A DNA stretch of 64,000 nucleotides from Octopus sinensis (Eukaryota), in the NCBI RefSeq assembly GCF_006345805.1, contig NC_043002.1:42098001-42162000 (forward strand), given 5' to 3'. The position numbers were made by a program, and so were the translations under genes. The notes under the pieces are model-generated. The model was not told the origin of the DNA. It saw only the letters and a program-made list of their open reading frames with translations, and made no database searches. Of this stretch, positions 1 to 10,738 are shown in pieces; position 1 is the stretch's first letter; every line of letters begins with the position of its first letter.

Positions 1-217
1 AGACAAGAAAAGGCGTCAACAAGAAAGTATGACGTTACAACCAGCCAGGCAAAGTCTTCGCTACATTTGCGGCACCTGCCAGAGGGGTGGTTGTCTAGGA
101 TAGGACTACACAACCACAGCAGGAGATGTATAAGGACATGAAATGTAAAAGCCGGACTAGATTATTTTATGCACAACTCCATTGTCTCCCGAGACAAAAA
201 GGATGCCAACAACAATA
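1..217 (+). mobile_element. 3' end of an RTE-clade LINE (C-terminal zinc finger plus 3' tail)
   Basis: Translates with one frameshift to ...YICGTCQR/WLSRIGLHNHSRRCIRT*, the CxxC...SRIGLxxHxRxC motif of RTE ORF2 C-termini. It is followed by an RTE-like tail CCATTGTCTCCCGAGACAAAAAGGATGCC(AAC)n. Confidence 0.75.
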
Positions 218-221
218 AATA

Positions 222-415
222 TGGATTTCGTAGACAGGGACTGAAACAAACCAATCGTATATATATGTATATATGTAAGTGTATGTGGTGTGTGTCTTTG
301 TGTCTGTGTTTCGCCCTCATCACTGCTTCACAACTGCTGTTCATTTATTTACATCCACAAAACTTACTGGTTTCACAAGAACAAACTAATAGAATAAGTA
401 CTAGGCTTATCAACA
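222..415 (+). mobile_element. SINE family B, degenerate internal fragment
   Basis: Matches the copy at 4155-4543 (ggattt-gtagac-g-actgaaa...atagaataagtactaggctt). Confidence 0.7.
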
Positions 416-495
416 TAAAAAAGCACTATATTTTTGTTTGCCCACTCAGTTGTATCTATCAATTTATCTTTGTGTGTGTGTGTGTATCTATATCT

Positions 496-599
<104 letters not shown>

Positions 600-1653
600 C
601 ACCCTAATGGGAGCCTTAACTCCCAAATTTTAGTCATTTCTTTTATGATCCAAAACTAGGTCAAAGTACTGAATGGATCTTTATGAAATTTGGAAATTAT
701 ATTCTAAGCATATGGGCCATAACCCCTATGACAATTCATATATTTTTGCTGTTGATGAAATTTTAAACATAGATATTAGACACAAATGAAGTAGTATTTA
801 TAAAATTTCATCTTCTTACAAAGTTAGAAAGACCCCTCCATGGGGACTTAACACCCACAATTTTGTCATTTTATCTAAGCAAAAACGAATATAGTTGTGC
901 TCTTGAAAGCTGTAGGGTTACCCGAGCATAAAAGTTGGGCATTATTTCTAATTCAATGGTACAACAGTGTAACAGTTTGCTTTGACATACACTTACATTG
1001 TGATTTCTGCAATGTGGTGCATAAATTGTTAAGTAAATGAGAGGCGTCTTTGTCTCCACTGATTCGATTGCAAAGTGTTGAGTAAAGTTATTTGATTGCA
1101 GACCTCCTTTCAGTCTTTTTATTATCAGTCGGTCACACATAGTCCCCAGATGGTAACATTGATTACAAGGCCTTCCCAGATGAGTGACTGGTTATTCAAA
1201 GACATTTATAGATTTTAAATTCATTCTGTCCAGTTACGTATCAGTATAGTGGTCATTTGCAAACTCCAGAAGTGACACTTTAAATTCTCCTAAGCCCTCA
1301 TGTCACACAGTTGTTAATGTTGATTTCAGTTGGGTCACGCCCTTCCAATTGCTATAGATTCGTAATGCATCTTGCGGCTGTGCCTGTCACCTGGATGGTG
1401 AGGAATCCTACATTGGGAGTGGTAACGACTAGGGTAGGGTAACTGACTGCTTATTGTGATCATTCGTCTTTTGGTTTCTATGTGGAACGATTATAATTTT
1501 TTTAGAGTGTGTAAAGAGAGAAATAACCCTCATCTCCAATTTTGATGAAATTCGAAATTCGAAATTCGAAATTCCAGTTCATTCAGAAAATATAACAGAA
1601 AAGTTTAATTCTTCAATTGAATGTGACCGGGCAACGCCAGGTATCTCTGCTAG
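600..1653 (+). mobile_element. Non-autonomous Helitron-like repeat, copy 1
   Basis: Ends in GC hairpin CCGGGCAACGCCAGG plus CTAG (1650-1653) followed by T. Its interior is homologous to 29268-30555 on the opposite strand. Confidence 0.65.
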
Positions 1654-2057
1654 TATGTAATAAAAAGCAGGAAACATGTTTTCTCTATTTTATTAATATT
1701 ATTGCGTGGCTCGTATTCCGCAAACCAGCCTATTCCTGGGTTTGGTGTCCCCACGTAGTACCACACTGGATATAGGAGTGAAGGACTTGGTTTCGAGTTG
1801 CGCTTTACACCGCATATGTGCGTGTGCAAGTGTGTGTGCGTGTGTGTGTTTGTGTGTGCATGTGTGTGTGCGCACACATACATATATCAAGAGAAAAGAG
1901 AGAAATAGATAGGTAAATATTTAAGTAGGTGAAGAGATGATAAGTATAGAAAAACAGACAGACAGATAGGTAGATACATAAACAGACAGGCATATTTTGC
2001 TAGATAGCTAGATGGATAGATAGATAGACAGGCAGACAGACAGACAGACAGACAGGC

Positions 2058-2098
<41 letters not shown>

Positions 2099-2198
2099 NN
2101 NNNNNNNNNNNNNNNNNNNNNNNNNNNNNNNNNNNNNNNNNNNNNNNNNNNNNNNNNNNNNNNNNNNNNNNNNNNNNNNNNNNNNNNNNNNNNNNNNN
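2099..2198. other. Assembly gap (100 N) between (GATA)n and (TG)n microsatellites
   Basis: Run of 100 n. Confidence 0.99.
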
Positions 2199-2944
2199 TG
2201 TGTGTGTATGTATGTGTGTGTATGTATGTGTGTGTGTGCATGTGTATGTGTGTGTGCATGTGTGCGTATGCGGGTGTTCCCCTGGGTTGAATGGTGGGCA
2301 AGTCGAGGAAGTCTATGTCTACTCGCGACTACACAAGCACCTGAACCAATGAGTGAAAGCATGGTAAATGTTACTTAACCATGCGCATATACAGCTAACA
2401 ACTGTCTTTTTAATACTTTCAGAATACCCGTTATCTCTCAAGTTGAAACGAGGTTATAAAATGTTTTTAATGAATTGCTCTCAATGAGGGTATTTTCGGC
2501 TTAGTATGATAACGCTCTAGAATTTCTCTCGAAAAAATTATCGTTCGTGTAAGTAATTAAACTGTTATCTAGTATGGTTATAGAAGTCTGATATTTTGTG
2601 CTACAGATATGTACTCAGTATTAATATATTTTCTAAATTAGTTGTGGAAACGACATATAGCAAAACTAAGCAAATTAACTAAACACAAAGTATTGAATGA
2701 ATGTGAGAACAGTTTTAATACATTTGAAGCTATTGCTGAACATAACTTATAATATCTCATTCTTGATGTTTAATTACCAAAATAATTTTGAAAAAAAATG
2801 TAGAAACCACAATGTCGGGAATAATACCATTCATAGACATAAAATAATTCTTATAAACATGCTCAGAGTAAAACCACTCAACCAATTAGTGAAAATGCAA
2901 TACATATAGAGATAAAGAAATATTGGTTTCAAGTAATTGGTCAG

Positions 2945-3108
2945 CAATTTCGGTAAGGGTTAAGTCAATAACATCATCCCAGTGCTCAACTGGTAATTAT
3001 TTTATGGACCCTTAGAGAATGAAAGGCAAAGTCAACCTCAGCGGAATTTGAACTCTGAACGTAAAGATTGACGAAATGCCCCCTAAGAAATTCGACCGGT
3101 GTGCTAAA
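2945..3108 (-). mobile_element. SINE family A, degenerate
   Basis: gaaaggcaaagtcaacctcagcggaatttgaactc core shared with the other family A copies. Confidence 0.75.
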
Positions 3109-3295
3109 GAAATGGTTTATCACTTCTGTTTTGCTTCAGGGTGTTTGGAAGCAATCTCTGCTGTGATATGAAGCGGGTTTATTGTATGACATCTAGCTTG
3201 TTTAGGAAGGTTCACTCTGGTAAATATTGTGGTTCTAGCTATGCAGGAATACCATTCTTGCTTCTCCTGTCAAAATATATCAATAGAGAAATATT

Positions 3296-3462
3296 CTTTT
3301 TTACTCTAGGCACAAGGTCAGAAATTTTGGGGGAGGGGGCCAGTCGATTAGATCGATTCCAGCACGCAACTGGTACTAAAATTTATCGACTCCGAATGGA
3401 TAAAAAGTAAAGTCGATCCCGGCGGAATTTGAAATCAGAACGTAAAGACAGACGAAATACCT
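3296..3462 (-). mobile_element. SINE family A (tail variant ...aaaatttc-gaccttgtgcctagagt)
   Basis: Family A core, 5'-truncated or interrupted by the adjacent copy. Confidence 0.8.
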
Positions 3463-3698
3463 ATTTCTATTTCTTTACTACCCACAAGGGGCTAAACACA
3501 GAGAGGACAAACAAGGACAGACAAACGGATTAAGTCGATTATATCGACCCCAGTGCGTAACTGGTACTTATTTAATCGACCCCGAAAGGATGAAAGGCAA
3601 AGTCGACCTCAGCGGAATTTGAACTCAGAACATAACAGCAGACGAAATACTGCTAAGCATTTCGCCCGGCGTGCTACCGTTTCTGCCAGCTCGCCGCC
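3463..3698 (-). mobile_element. SINE family A, near full length (tRNA head, Meta/Sauria-like central domain)
   Basis: Minus strand reads GGCGGCGAGCTGGCAGAAACGGTAGCACG (A box)...GAGTTCAAATTCC (B box)...GCCTTTCATCCTTTCGGGGTCGAT...AAGTACCAG. More than ten copies occur in the window. Confidence 0.9.
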
Positions 3699-4154
3699 TT
3701 TCAATAGACAAATATTAAAAGTTGCAGTGGATCCCATCTTCTATGATATTAGATCTGTACTCGTCATTGACTGAACATTGCCATATTTACGCCTCACTAT
3801 ATGCAATGTTTTCGGTTTACCAAAGATAATATAGAAATTAGCTAGCTATACCATAGGAATGTTTGTCAAGACGCAGGCCAGCAATTGACAATGTTTGTCC
3901 TTGGGATTTATTGATTGCATTGACAAAGTTTAGATGTTTTAAAAACTGAAGCCTTTTGAATTGAAAGAGATCTTCGGTGGGTATGAGTGTAAGATGAGCA
4001 CAGTAAGATTAACAGTCTTTATGACAAACTTAACAAACTTAACTAAAACTTATTATTTTATTTATTTAGTATATCTTTCTTGTTCGCTTATCAGAAAAAA
4101 GTTATGCTTGTCTTGTGTGATATAACTTTATGAAAGAAAAAAAAAGATTACATA

Positions 4155-4543
4155 TGAGTGGCTTTGTGATAAGTAGCTTGCTTAACAACCACATGGTTCC
4201 GGGTTCAGTCCCACTGCGTGGCACCTTGGGCAAGTGTCTTCTACTATAGCCTCGAGCCGACCAAAGCCTTGTAAGTGGATTTGGTAGACGGAAACTGAAA
4301 GAAGCCTGCCGTATATAAGTATATATATGTGTGTGTGTGTTTGTGTGTCTGTGTTTGTCCCCCGACATCACTTGACAACCGATGCTGGTGTGTTTACGTC
4401 CCCGTAACTTAGCAGTTCGGCAAAAGAGACCGATAGAATAAGTACTAAGCTTACAAAGAATAAGTCCTGGGGTCGATTTGCTCGACTAAAGGCGGTGCTC
4501 CAGCATGGCCGCAGTCAAATGACGGAAACAAGTAAAAGAGTAA
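4155..4543 (+). mobile_element. SINE family B, full length (tRNA head, CORE-like box, internal microsatellite, LINE-like tail)
   Basis: B box GGTTCAGTCCC, CORE-like ACCTTGGGCAAGTG and tail GGCGGTGCTCCAGCATGGCCGCAGTCAAATGAC-GAAACAAGTAAAAG. Many copies in the window. Confidence 0.9.
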
Positions 4544-4660
4544 TATGTATGTAGAGTTCCTTGAAAGACGAGTAACTTAAGAATTAAACGGTTGAAAACA
4601 GTTTTCAAAGATCTAACGCTCTATCATCCGTCAAAGGCATTTTCTCAATATCTACAGAAA

Positions 4661-4662
<2 letters not shown>

Positions 4663-4722
<60 letters not shown>

Positions 4723-4773
4723 GACGACGACGACGACGACGACCGACGATGATGATGATGATGATGATGATCA
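4663..4773. repeat. (ATG)n/(ACG)n microsatellite
   Basis: Seen directly. Confidence 0.95.
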
Positions 4774-4789
4774 TCTCTCGTAGTCGGAG

Positions 4790-5037
4790 AAATGCGGTTC
4801 TACAATTTCGTGGTGAATGACTTGCACAAATGCTGTACCTGAACTCGCTCCCTCCATCAAATCGTTGTTGCCTGAACAGGTGTCTGGTGCACTACATATC
4901 AGGTGTCGAAATGGTTGCAGAGCAACGTGAGATGAAGTGTTTTACTGAAGAACACAACACACCATCCGTCCATGAATTGAAACCACCATCTCGCAATCAT
5001 GAGTGCAACACCATAAACACAAGGCAATGCACCCTCA
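4790..5037 (-). mobile_element. SINE family C, degenerate
   Basis: gagcaacgtgagatgaagtgttttactgaagaacacaac matches the copy at 28953-29200. Confidence 0.7.
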
Positions 5038-5067
5038 CATCTACAAAATATATTCATTACTAAAAGC

Positions 5068-5272
5068 AATGAGCTCGTAGAATCGCTAACACGTCGGACA
5101 AAATCGCTTAGCGCCATTTCTTATGGCTCTTTGCCTTCTGTGTTCAAATTCCGTCGAGGTCGACTTTGTCTTCCATCCTTTTGGGATCGATAAAATAAGT
5201 ACCAGTCAAGTACTGGAATCGATGCAAACACTTATCACCTAAAATTGCTGGCCTTGTGCTAAACTCTGAAAG
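5068..5272 (+). mobile_element. SINE family A
   Basis: gttcaaattccgtcgaggtcgactttgtcttccatccttttgggatcgataaaataagtaccag. Confidence 0.8.
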
Positions 5273-5389
5273 TATTATTAAAGACCGTCTTCGTTGCGTA
5301 TCTCGTAGAAAAGAAAAGGCCTGAGCGAAAAGATCTAGTCACTACAACTTAATGATCGCTGGATGATTGCTCGCCTCTTTGTGTCCTTC

Positions 5390-6075
5390 TCAATCTATAT
5401 CCTATTCAGTACGAGCACTTTCAATACTATGCCCCTCAGGGAATGCCCGCACTCCCTGTTATTATTCTTTTTAGTATCCTAGATAAAGCACCAACCTTCT
5501 ATCTTTGAGGTATCTGTTCAATATTCTTTCTGCATGTTACTAAACAGCAAATAATGCTCTTGCTTATCACAAATTCATCATTCTGGCATTTCTCTTGAAA
5601 TTCCATCTAATCCAGATATCTTTCCTGTTGCTAATTGCTCAATGGTTCTTGCTAATTTTCCCAACGAATATATCCTATACAGCCACTTCCACTTCCTTAT
5701 GTGGTTGAGAAATTACCAGAGCATATTACCCATTAAGTTCTTAGTTCCTGCTTATATTACAATGTTCTTTCCATCTTCCTTGTTTGATGTTTACATCATA
5801 TGTTATTAATTGGCTGACAATACTAAACACATGTAACATTTTGTGATCAGCTTACTTTACCTGTAATCTCACTTATCATTTCATAAGCTTTTCTGATTCT
5901 TCTGCTCTTCTGCATTGAGTAAGTTATCTACATTATTAGCCTTCACTTCCAGAAATATTCATTTATTTCTTCCTGAACACTTTTGTAACTCTCTATCGCT
6001 CTCTTTTGAGGCTTCAGATCTTAACTGTTTCCACTTTGATGTCCATCTCATCCACTTTCCAGATTTCAAAAGACA
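5390..6075 (-). pseudogene. Heavily decayed LINE ORF2 fragment (endonuclease-RT linker and start of RT)
   Basis: Minus-strand remnants resembling AYEMISEITGK, SGLDGI and NNxRGISL..VLKVLVLNRI, with many stops and frameshifts. Confidence 0.45.
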
Positions 6076-6119
6076 CGTACATATACGATATATATATATA
6101 TATAGATATTATATATTAT

Positions 6120-6161
<42 letters not shown>

Positions 6162-6257
6162 GTATATATATATATGTGTGTGTTGTGTATATAATACATA
6201 TATATACATATATATAAAACAATTTATATTTATATATATTATATATATATATATCTA

Positions 6258-6300
<43 letters not shown>

Positions 6301-6342
6301 ATATACTAGATATATATATATAATAAATATATATATTATCAT

Positions 6343-6374
<32 letters not shown>

Positions 6375-6403
6375 CTATATATATATACATAATATATACA
6401 TAA

Positions 6404-6885
6404 CGGGGTTGGACAAAAAATGGAAACATCTAGCATCATAGCATCATAATTGTGAAATATCTATAGAACCGTCAAGAGCTTGTTTATTTTAATGTTTTTT
6501 TAAAAATTTATTATTAATGTTGCTTTATATGTTTTGCTAAAATTGCTGTTTCTCTTCAGATACCATCAGAAAAAGGTAATTAAAATTCATTAAAATGGCA
6601 GATCTATCGGACTTTGAAAGAGGTCAAATTGTTGGTGCTCGTATGCCAGGCGCTAGCGTAACGAAAAACAATTGAAATGTTTGGTGTATCAAGAAGTACT
6701 GTCTCGAAAGTAATGACAGCCTTTGAGAAAGAGGAAAAAAAACCTCTTTGAAACAAAAGTCCGGAAGAAAACCAAACTTTCAGATAGGGACAGGCAGACT
6801 TTTACGCGAATTGTTAGAAAGGATCACAAAAGTACAGCTCCCCCAAATTACAGCAGAGCTTAATGACCACCTCGAGAACCCAGTT
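6404..6885 (+). mobile_element. Tc1-family transposon, left end plus N-terminal paired/HTH domain
   Basis: TIR-like CGGGGTTGGACAAAAAATGGAAAC after (TA)n. From ATG 6595, with frameshifts: MADLSDFERGQIVGARMPGASVTK..FGVSRSTVSKV..SGRKP..DRDRQTFTRIVRKDHKSTAPQITAELN. Confidence 0.85.
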
Positions 6886-6907
6886 ATATATATATATATA
6901 TATATAG

Positions 6908-6955
<48 letters not shown>

Positions 6956-7149
6956 CAAAGTATTAAAAGAAAAATGCACCAAGAAAATTTAAGAAATTTA
7001 AAGATCTGGAATATGCTAATGTAATGTATAACTGTGAAGTTATACAATGCATACTCCAGTACTTTGTAAGCTAAAATATGAATCGAAATTCTTCGTGGAT
7101 CTAAAAAGCATTCCTGTGAGAGGATTAGAATGGTCTTGAGTTAAAATTT

Positions 7150-7700
7150 TTCTGTCAATTTCATTAGAAGCCATTTAAAGTATCTAAGTTTGAAACTGCA
7201 AGAGCTGAATCTATTTATTACCTCCCTTCTTGCCAATAACAAGAGCTTTGATTCAATGCTGCAGATATTAGTAATTCAGCTGAAAAACAACTGAATACTA
7301 TATTTTTCAACATTCAAAGAGCAGAAACCAGAATTAATACTGGAATATGCTTCATAGTATTTCAATCTTTTGGATAAATTTCAAAAGAAGTTTCTAGATT
7401 TACAAAATCATGGACTTGAACTACGAATATGCGCAACTTCTTTTGATATGATGCTAGATGAATCTCCCGATTTTATTGGACTCCAGTTAATTCATTTACA
7501 TTCGGATAATTCTTTGATATTCAAAATTAATAGCTTCTCGACATTAATTTAGCCAAGAACCGGTCCACTTGCGAGCTAAACTTACAAACCAACGACTAAG
7601 AACTGTAGCATTATCATTCTCATCAAATGTGCAACGTTCCAAAGTTAGGCAGAAGCAAATTCACATTAAGATGCAAGGGAAGAAGTTTCATTGAACTTAA
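7150..7700 (+). pseudogene. hAT (SPIN/GTF2IRD2-like) transposase C-terminal relic
   Basis: LDKFQKKFLDLQNHGLELRICATSFDMMLDESPDFIGLQLIHLHSDNSL resembles the EF..RF.DF...F..PF...P..LQMELIELQSD motif of Charlie/SPIN-type transposases. Confidence 0.55.
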
Positions 7701-8063
7701 ATTGTTATAGCCTGTGACGCCTTTGGTGTTTTGGTATTTAAAACTATTTGATTAATTAACGCATAATCAATAACATTTTAATTAATGTTGTTTAGTGTGA
7801 TCACTTACATCTACATTGAATTTATGAAATTTAAGATTTATTCTTTTCTCTACATAGATGCGCCTCCACGGGTACTTATGCACTTACAATTCGCTGTTGT
7901 AACGAAAATCGTTCCGCACTCCGTTGGAGCAGAATTTTCCGTTTATGTTCAACTAAACATGAATTCTCAGACACTTAGAAGATAAATTTCACCTACCTCA
8001 GTGGTAAATGTATTCTATATATAATATATATATATATATTATATCTATATATATTATACATAT

Positions 8064-8097
<34 letters not shown>

Positions 8098-8102
<5 letters not shown>

Positions 8103-8265
8103 ATCCCAACAAGAAAGCACAAAAAAAAACAACAACGCGCGAGGACGTGGAACAATATAGTATTATTGGACGCTCAGGAAAGAAGGAAAGAAGGAGGTTT
8201 ACGTTTCTTCATCGGAAACATAGGAGAAGGAAAAGATCCAGAGAAGAAAGATCCAGAGAAGGGAA
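8098..8265 (-). mobile_element. Penelope-like/retrozyme-type repeat with hammerhead remnant (stem II deleted)
   Basis: Homologous to 10060-10222. Minus strand GTTT-CCGATGAA-GAAACGTAAAC at 8197-8219. Flanked by (TA)n. Confidence 0.6.
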
Positions 8266-8287
8266 TATATATATATATATATATAAT

Positions 8288-8383
<96 letters not shown>

Positions 8384-8407
8384 GAGATATAGATAGATAT
8401 ACGTTTA

Positions 8408-8597
8408 CAGGGAGGGCCAAAAGTCATACAAAACGTTAAGTTCCAATATGCGCTGAAATTGTCAAAGACATGTTTCAGGTTTTGTAAAATTGAATAAAAT
8501 AATAAAATAATGATGGATACACATGCACTCAAACATATTAATAACATAATATAATAGAACGTCAAATGCTTTGGTGTTTGACTTTTGGCCCACCCTA
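8408..8597. mobile_element. Tc1/mariner-type MITE
   Basis: TIRs CAGGGAGGGCCAAAAGTCA and TGACTTTTGGCCCACCCT(A), with TA on both sides. Confidence 0.8.
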
Positions 8598-8651
8598 TAT
8601 GTATATATTATATTATACATATATATATATATATATAATATATAATATATA

Positions 8652-9115
8652 TCGTGACGAATATTTGCCATTTGAATATGGCTAACCCCTAAGGGTGGAT
8701 GCTACTGTAGTTTGTAGCCCCAGGAAGCTATCTCCTCCAGCTGGCCATAGACACACTATCTGTGCCCTATCTATTTGTGAAGGGAAGTCATCCTTCCCGT
8801 CTTCAACTCATGATACACACGGACTCGAGTTCAAGTGTTTACCTATCATCATCGGGTGACAATCATAGTTGTCGACGAGAATTCAGTTTCCCTCACAAAT
8901 ACATATACTTTTTCCAGTGTCGATTGACACTGATATTAAAAAGTGAAATCAAACAATGATAAATCTCAGAGCGAGTTAAAACAGTAGCGGTACACATCGT
9001 GACGCATATTTGCCATTTGAATATGGCTAACTCCTAAGGGTGGATGCTACTGTAGTTTGTAGCCCAGGAAGATATCTCCTCCAGCTGGCCATATACACAC
9101 TATCTGTGCCCTATC
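8652..9115. repeat. 345-bp unit present as about 1.35 copies (120-bp direct repeats) inside (TA)n
   Basis: 8652-8771 is repeated at 8997-9115. Internal inverted repeats TATTTGTGAAGGGAA / TTTCCCTCACAAATA. Confidence 0.9.
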
Positions 9116-9208
<93 letters not shown>

Positions 9209-9212
<4 letters not shown>

Positions 9213-9979
9213 GACTTAAAACTGTATGAGAGATTGCCGTCAATTCATTCTCTCTACCTGTTTGTGTTTGCTTTTCAAATGCTGTGTTTTTACTGAGATC
9301 TCCCTTTTAGTAAAGAAATAGCTATAATCTCTTTGACTGCTATTTCTAAATTCGGTGTGCGGTAAGGCAATTCGTGCTAAACCCTTAATTGCTTAGTATT
9401 ACTTAAATTTTCCTCGAATGAGCTTTTACATGCCGAAGACTACTTGGTGTAATTGATAATTATTCCAAATTAATTAATTTCACCTTTCATTGTTACTGAT
9501 AACCATATTCATCCCCAGTAAATGACCACAGCACTTTGTCTTGGCTACACGCGGGTGGGAAGGGACTGGTGACACAAACTTTCATTCACACTTTGAATTT
9601 GGTGATACTAGTTGTGGCTTCTAGCTCGCTCTGATACTGAGTTGAGTTGGTGCCTTCTAGTATCTCAAATTCAATATACAATCATTCATGATTGTTTGTA
9701 TCCTGCGTTGATGAGAGAAGAAGTTTGGGTAAGGTAGAATTATCTAATTCTTATGCTTCCTAGACTTGATTTCGAAACGTACGTCCGTAGGTGACTTAAA
9801 ACTGTATGATAGATTGCCGTCAATTCATTCTCTCTTACCTGTTTGTGTTTGCTTTTCAAATGCTGTGTTTTTACTGAGATCTCCCTTTTAGTAGAAGAAA
9901 TAGCTATAATCTCTTTGACTGCTATTTCTAAATTCGGTGTGCGGTAAGGCAATTCGTTGCTAAACCCTTAATTGCTTAG

Positions 9980-9984
<5 letters not shown>
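9209..9984 (+). mobile_element. Retrozyme/Penelope-like non-coding element: 580-bp unit plus 195-bp partial repeat
   Basis: 9209-9401 is repeated at 9789-9984. A hammerhead motif ends exactly at the unit junction. (TA)n on both sides. Confidence 0.75.
9702..9791 (+). ncRNA. Type I hammerhead ribozyme (U3 core variant)
   Basis: Stem I CCTGCG/CGTAGG, core TTGATGA, long stem II (GAGA/TTTC, AAGTTTGGG/CCTAGACTT, AGAATTA/TAATTCT), GAAA, palindromic stem III CGTACG, predicted GUC cleavage after 9785. Confidence 0.8.
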
Positions 9985-10029
<45 letters not shown>

Positions 10030-10059
10030 ATATATCTATATGTATGTATGTATGTATAA

Positions 10060-10222
10060 AGTTAATCCAAACATGAAACACAAAGGAAACACAACACGCG
10101 AGGACGTGGAACAAGTATAGTGTAATTGGATGCTCAGGAAAGCAAAGGAAGAAGGAGGAATTAATGTTTCGAGCAGAACTCTTCGTCAGAAAGGAAAGAT
10201 CCAACGATACACACGCGGTCAC
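10060..10222 (-). mobile_element. Penelope-like/retrozyme-type repeat with minimal hammerhead motif
   Basis: Minus strand CTGACGA-AGAGTTCTGCTC-GAAACATTA within about 10157-10194. Stem I is decayed. Second copy at 8098-8265. Confidence 0.65.
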
Positions 10223-10235
10223 ACATATATATACG

Positions 10236-10360
10236 GTAGAAGCGCAATGGCCCAGTGGTTAGGGCAGCGGGGTGGCGTCATTTGAAGGCTAAAACAATGC
10301 GAAGCGCATTGTGACCAGCGATGTGTAGCAACGTCTGATAGCCTGGTCGGTCACGTTATT

Positions 10361-10366
<6 letters not shown>
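10236..10366 (+). mobile_element. Internally deleted tRNA-headed SINE (fourth family)
   Basis: A-box-like TGGCCCAGTGGTTAGGGCAGCGG joined directly to a tail ending CTGATAGCCTGGTCGGTCACG. No B box seen. Confidence 0.5.
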
Positions 10367-10431
<65 letters not shown>

Positions 10432-10551
10432 ATAATAATATATATATATATATATATAAGTATATAAGAAGGGAATGAATATCCGAGTATGGAATTCGGT
10501 TAATAGATAATCATGTGACAGTCATCTAAAAGTTTTTGCTCTTCATGGTGC

Positions 10552-10667
10552 TGACATAAGTTCCTTGTCTTTCCTGATGAGATGGCGGCATAATGCACCC
10601 TTTATTCCTTCGGAATTACGAATATGCAGCCTTCGAAACATGTGTCGAGAGTAAAGGAATTTTGTTA
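10552..10667 (+). ncRNA. Type I hammerhead ribozyme, canonical core
   Basis: Stem I TTCCTT-GT-CTTTC / GAGAG-TA-AAGGAA (extends further), CTGATGA at 10574-10580, stem II GA-GGC-GCATA / TATGC-GCC-TC, GAAA at 10635-10638, stem III C-ATGT-G, GUC cleavage after 10646. Lies in a ~240-bp island (10458-10697) between (TA)n arrays. Confidence 0.88.
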
Positions 10668-10693
10668 AAATCGTCGTTCGACTCCATTCTTTC

Positions 10694-10738
<45 letters not shown>

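Noticed and set aside
3140-3219. Possible + strand 80-nt exon (TTTTGCTTCAG|...|GTAAAT)
   Set aside because: Weak donor, no recognisable peptide and no supporting neighbouring exons.
3553-3774. Recurrent peptides RPRKDERQSRPRRNLNSER and RLWSARGYSRRHLPKVP suggesting a gene family
   Set aside because: They are antisense translations of SINE families A and B.
8652-9984. Direct repeats as LTRs/TRIM or as a CRISPR array
   Set aside because: No TG...CA ends, PBS/PPT or TSD, and no regularly spaced short repeats with unique spacers.
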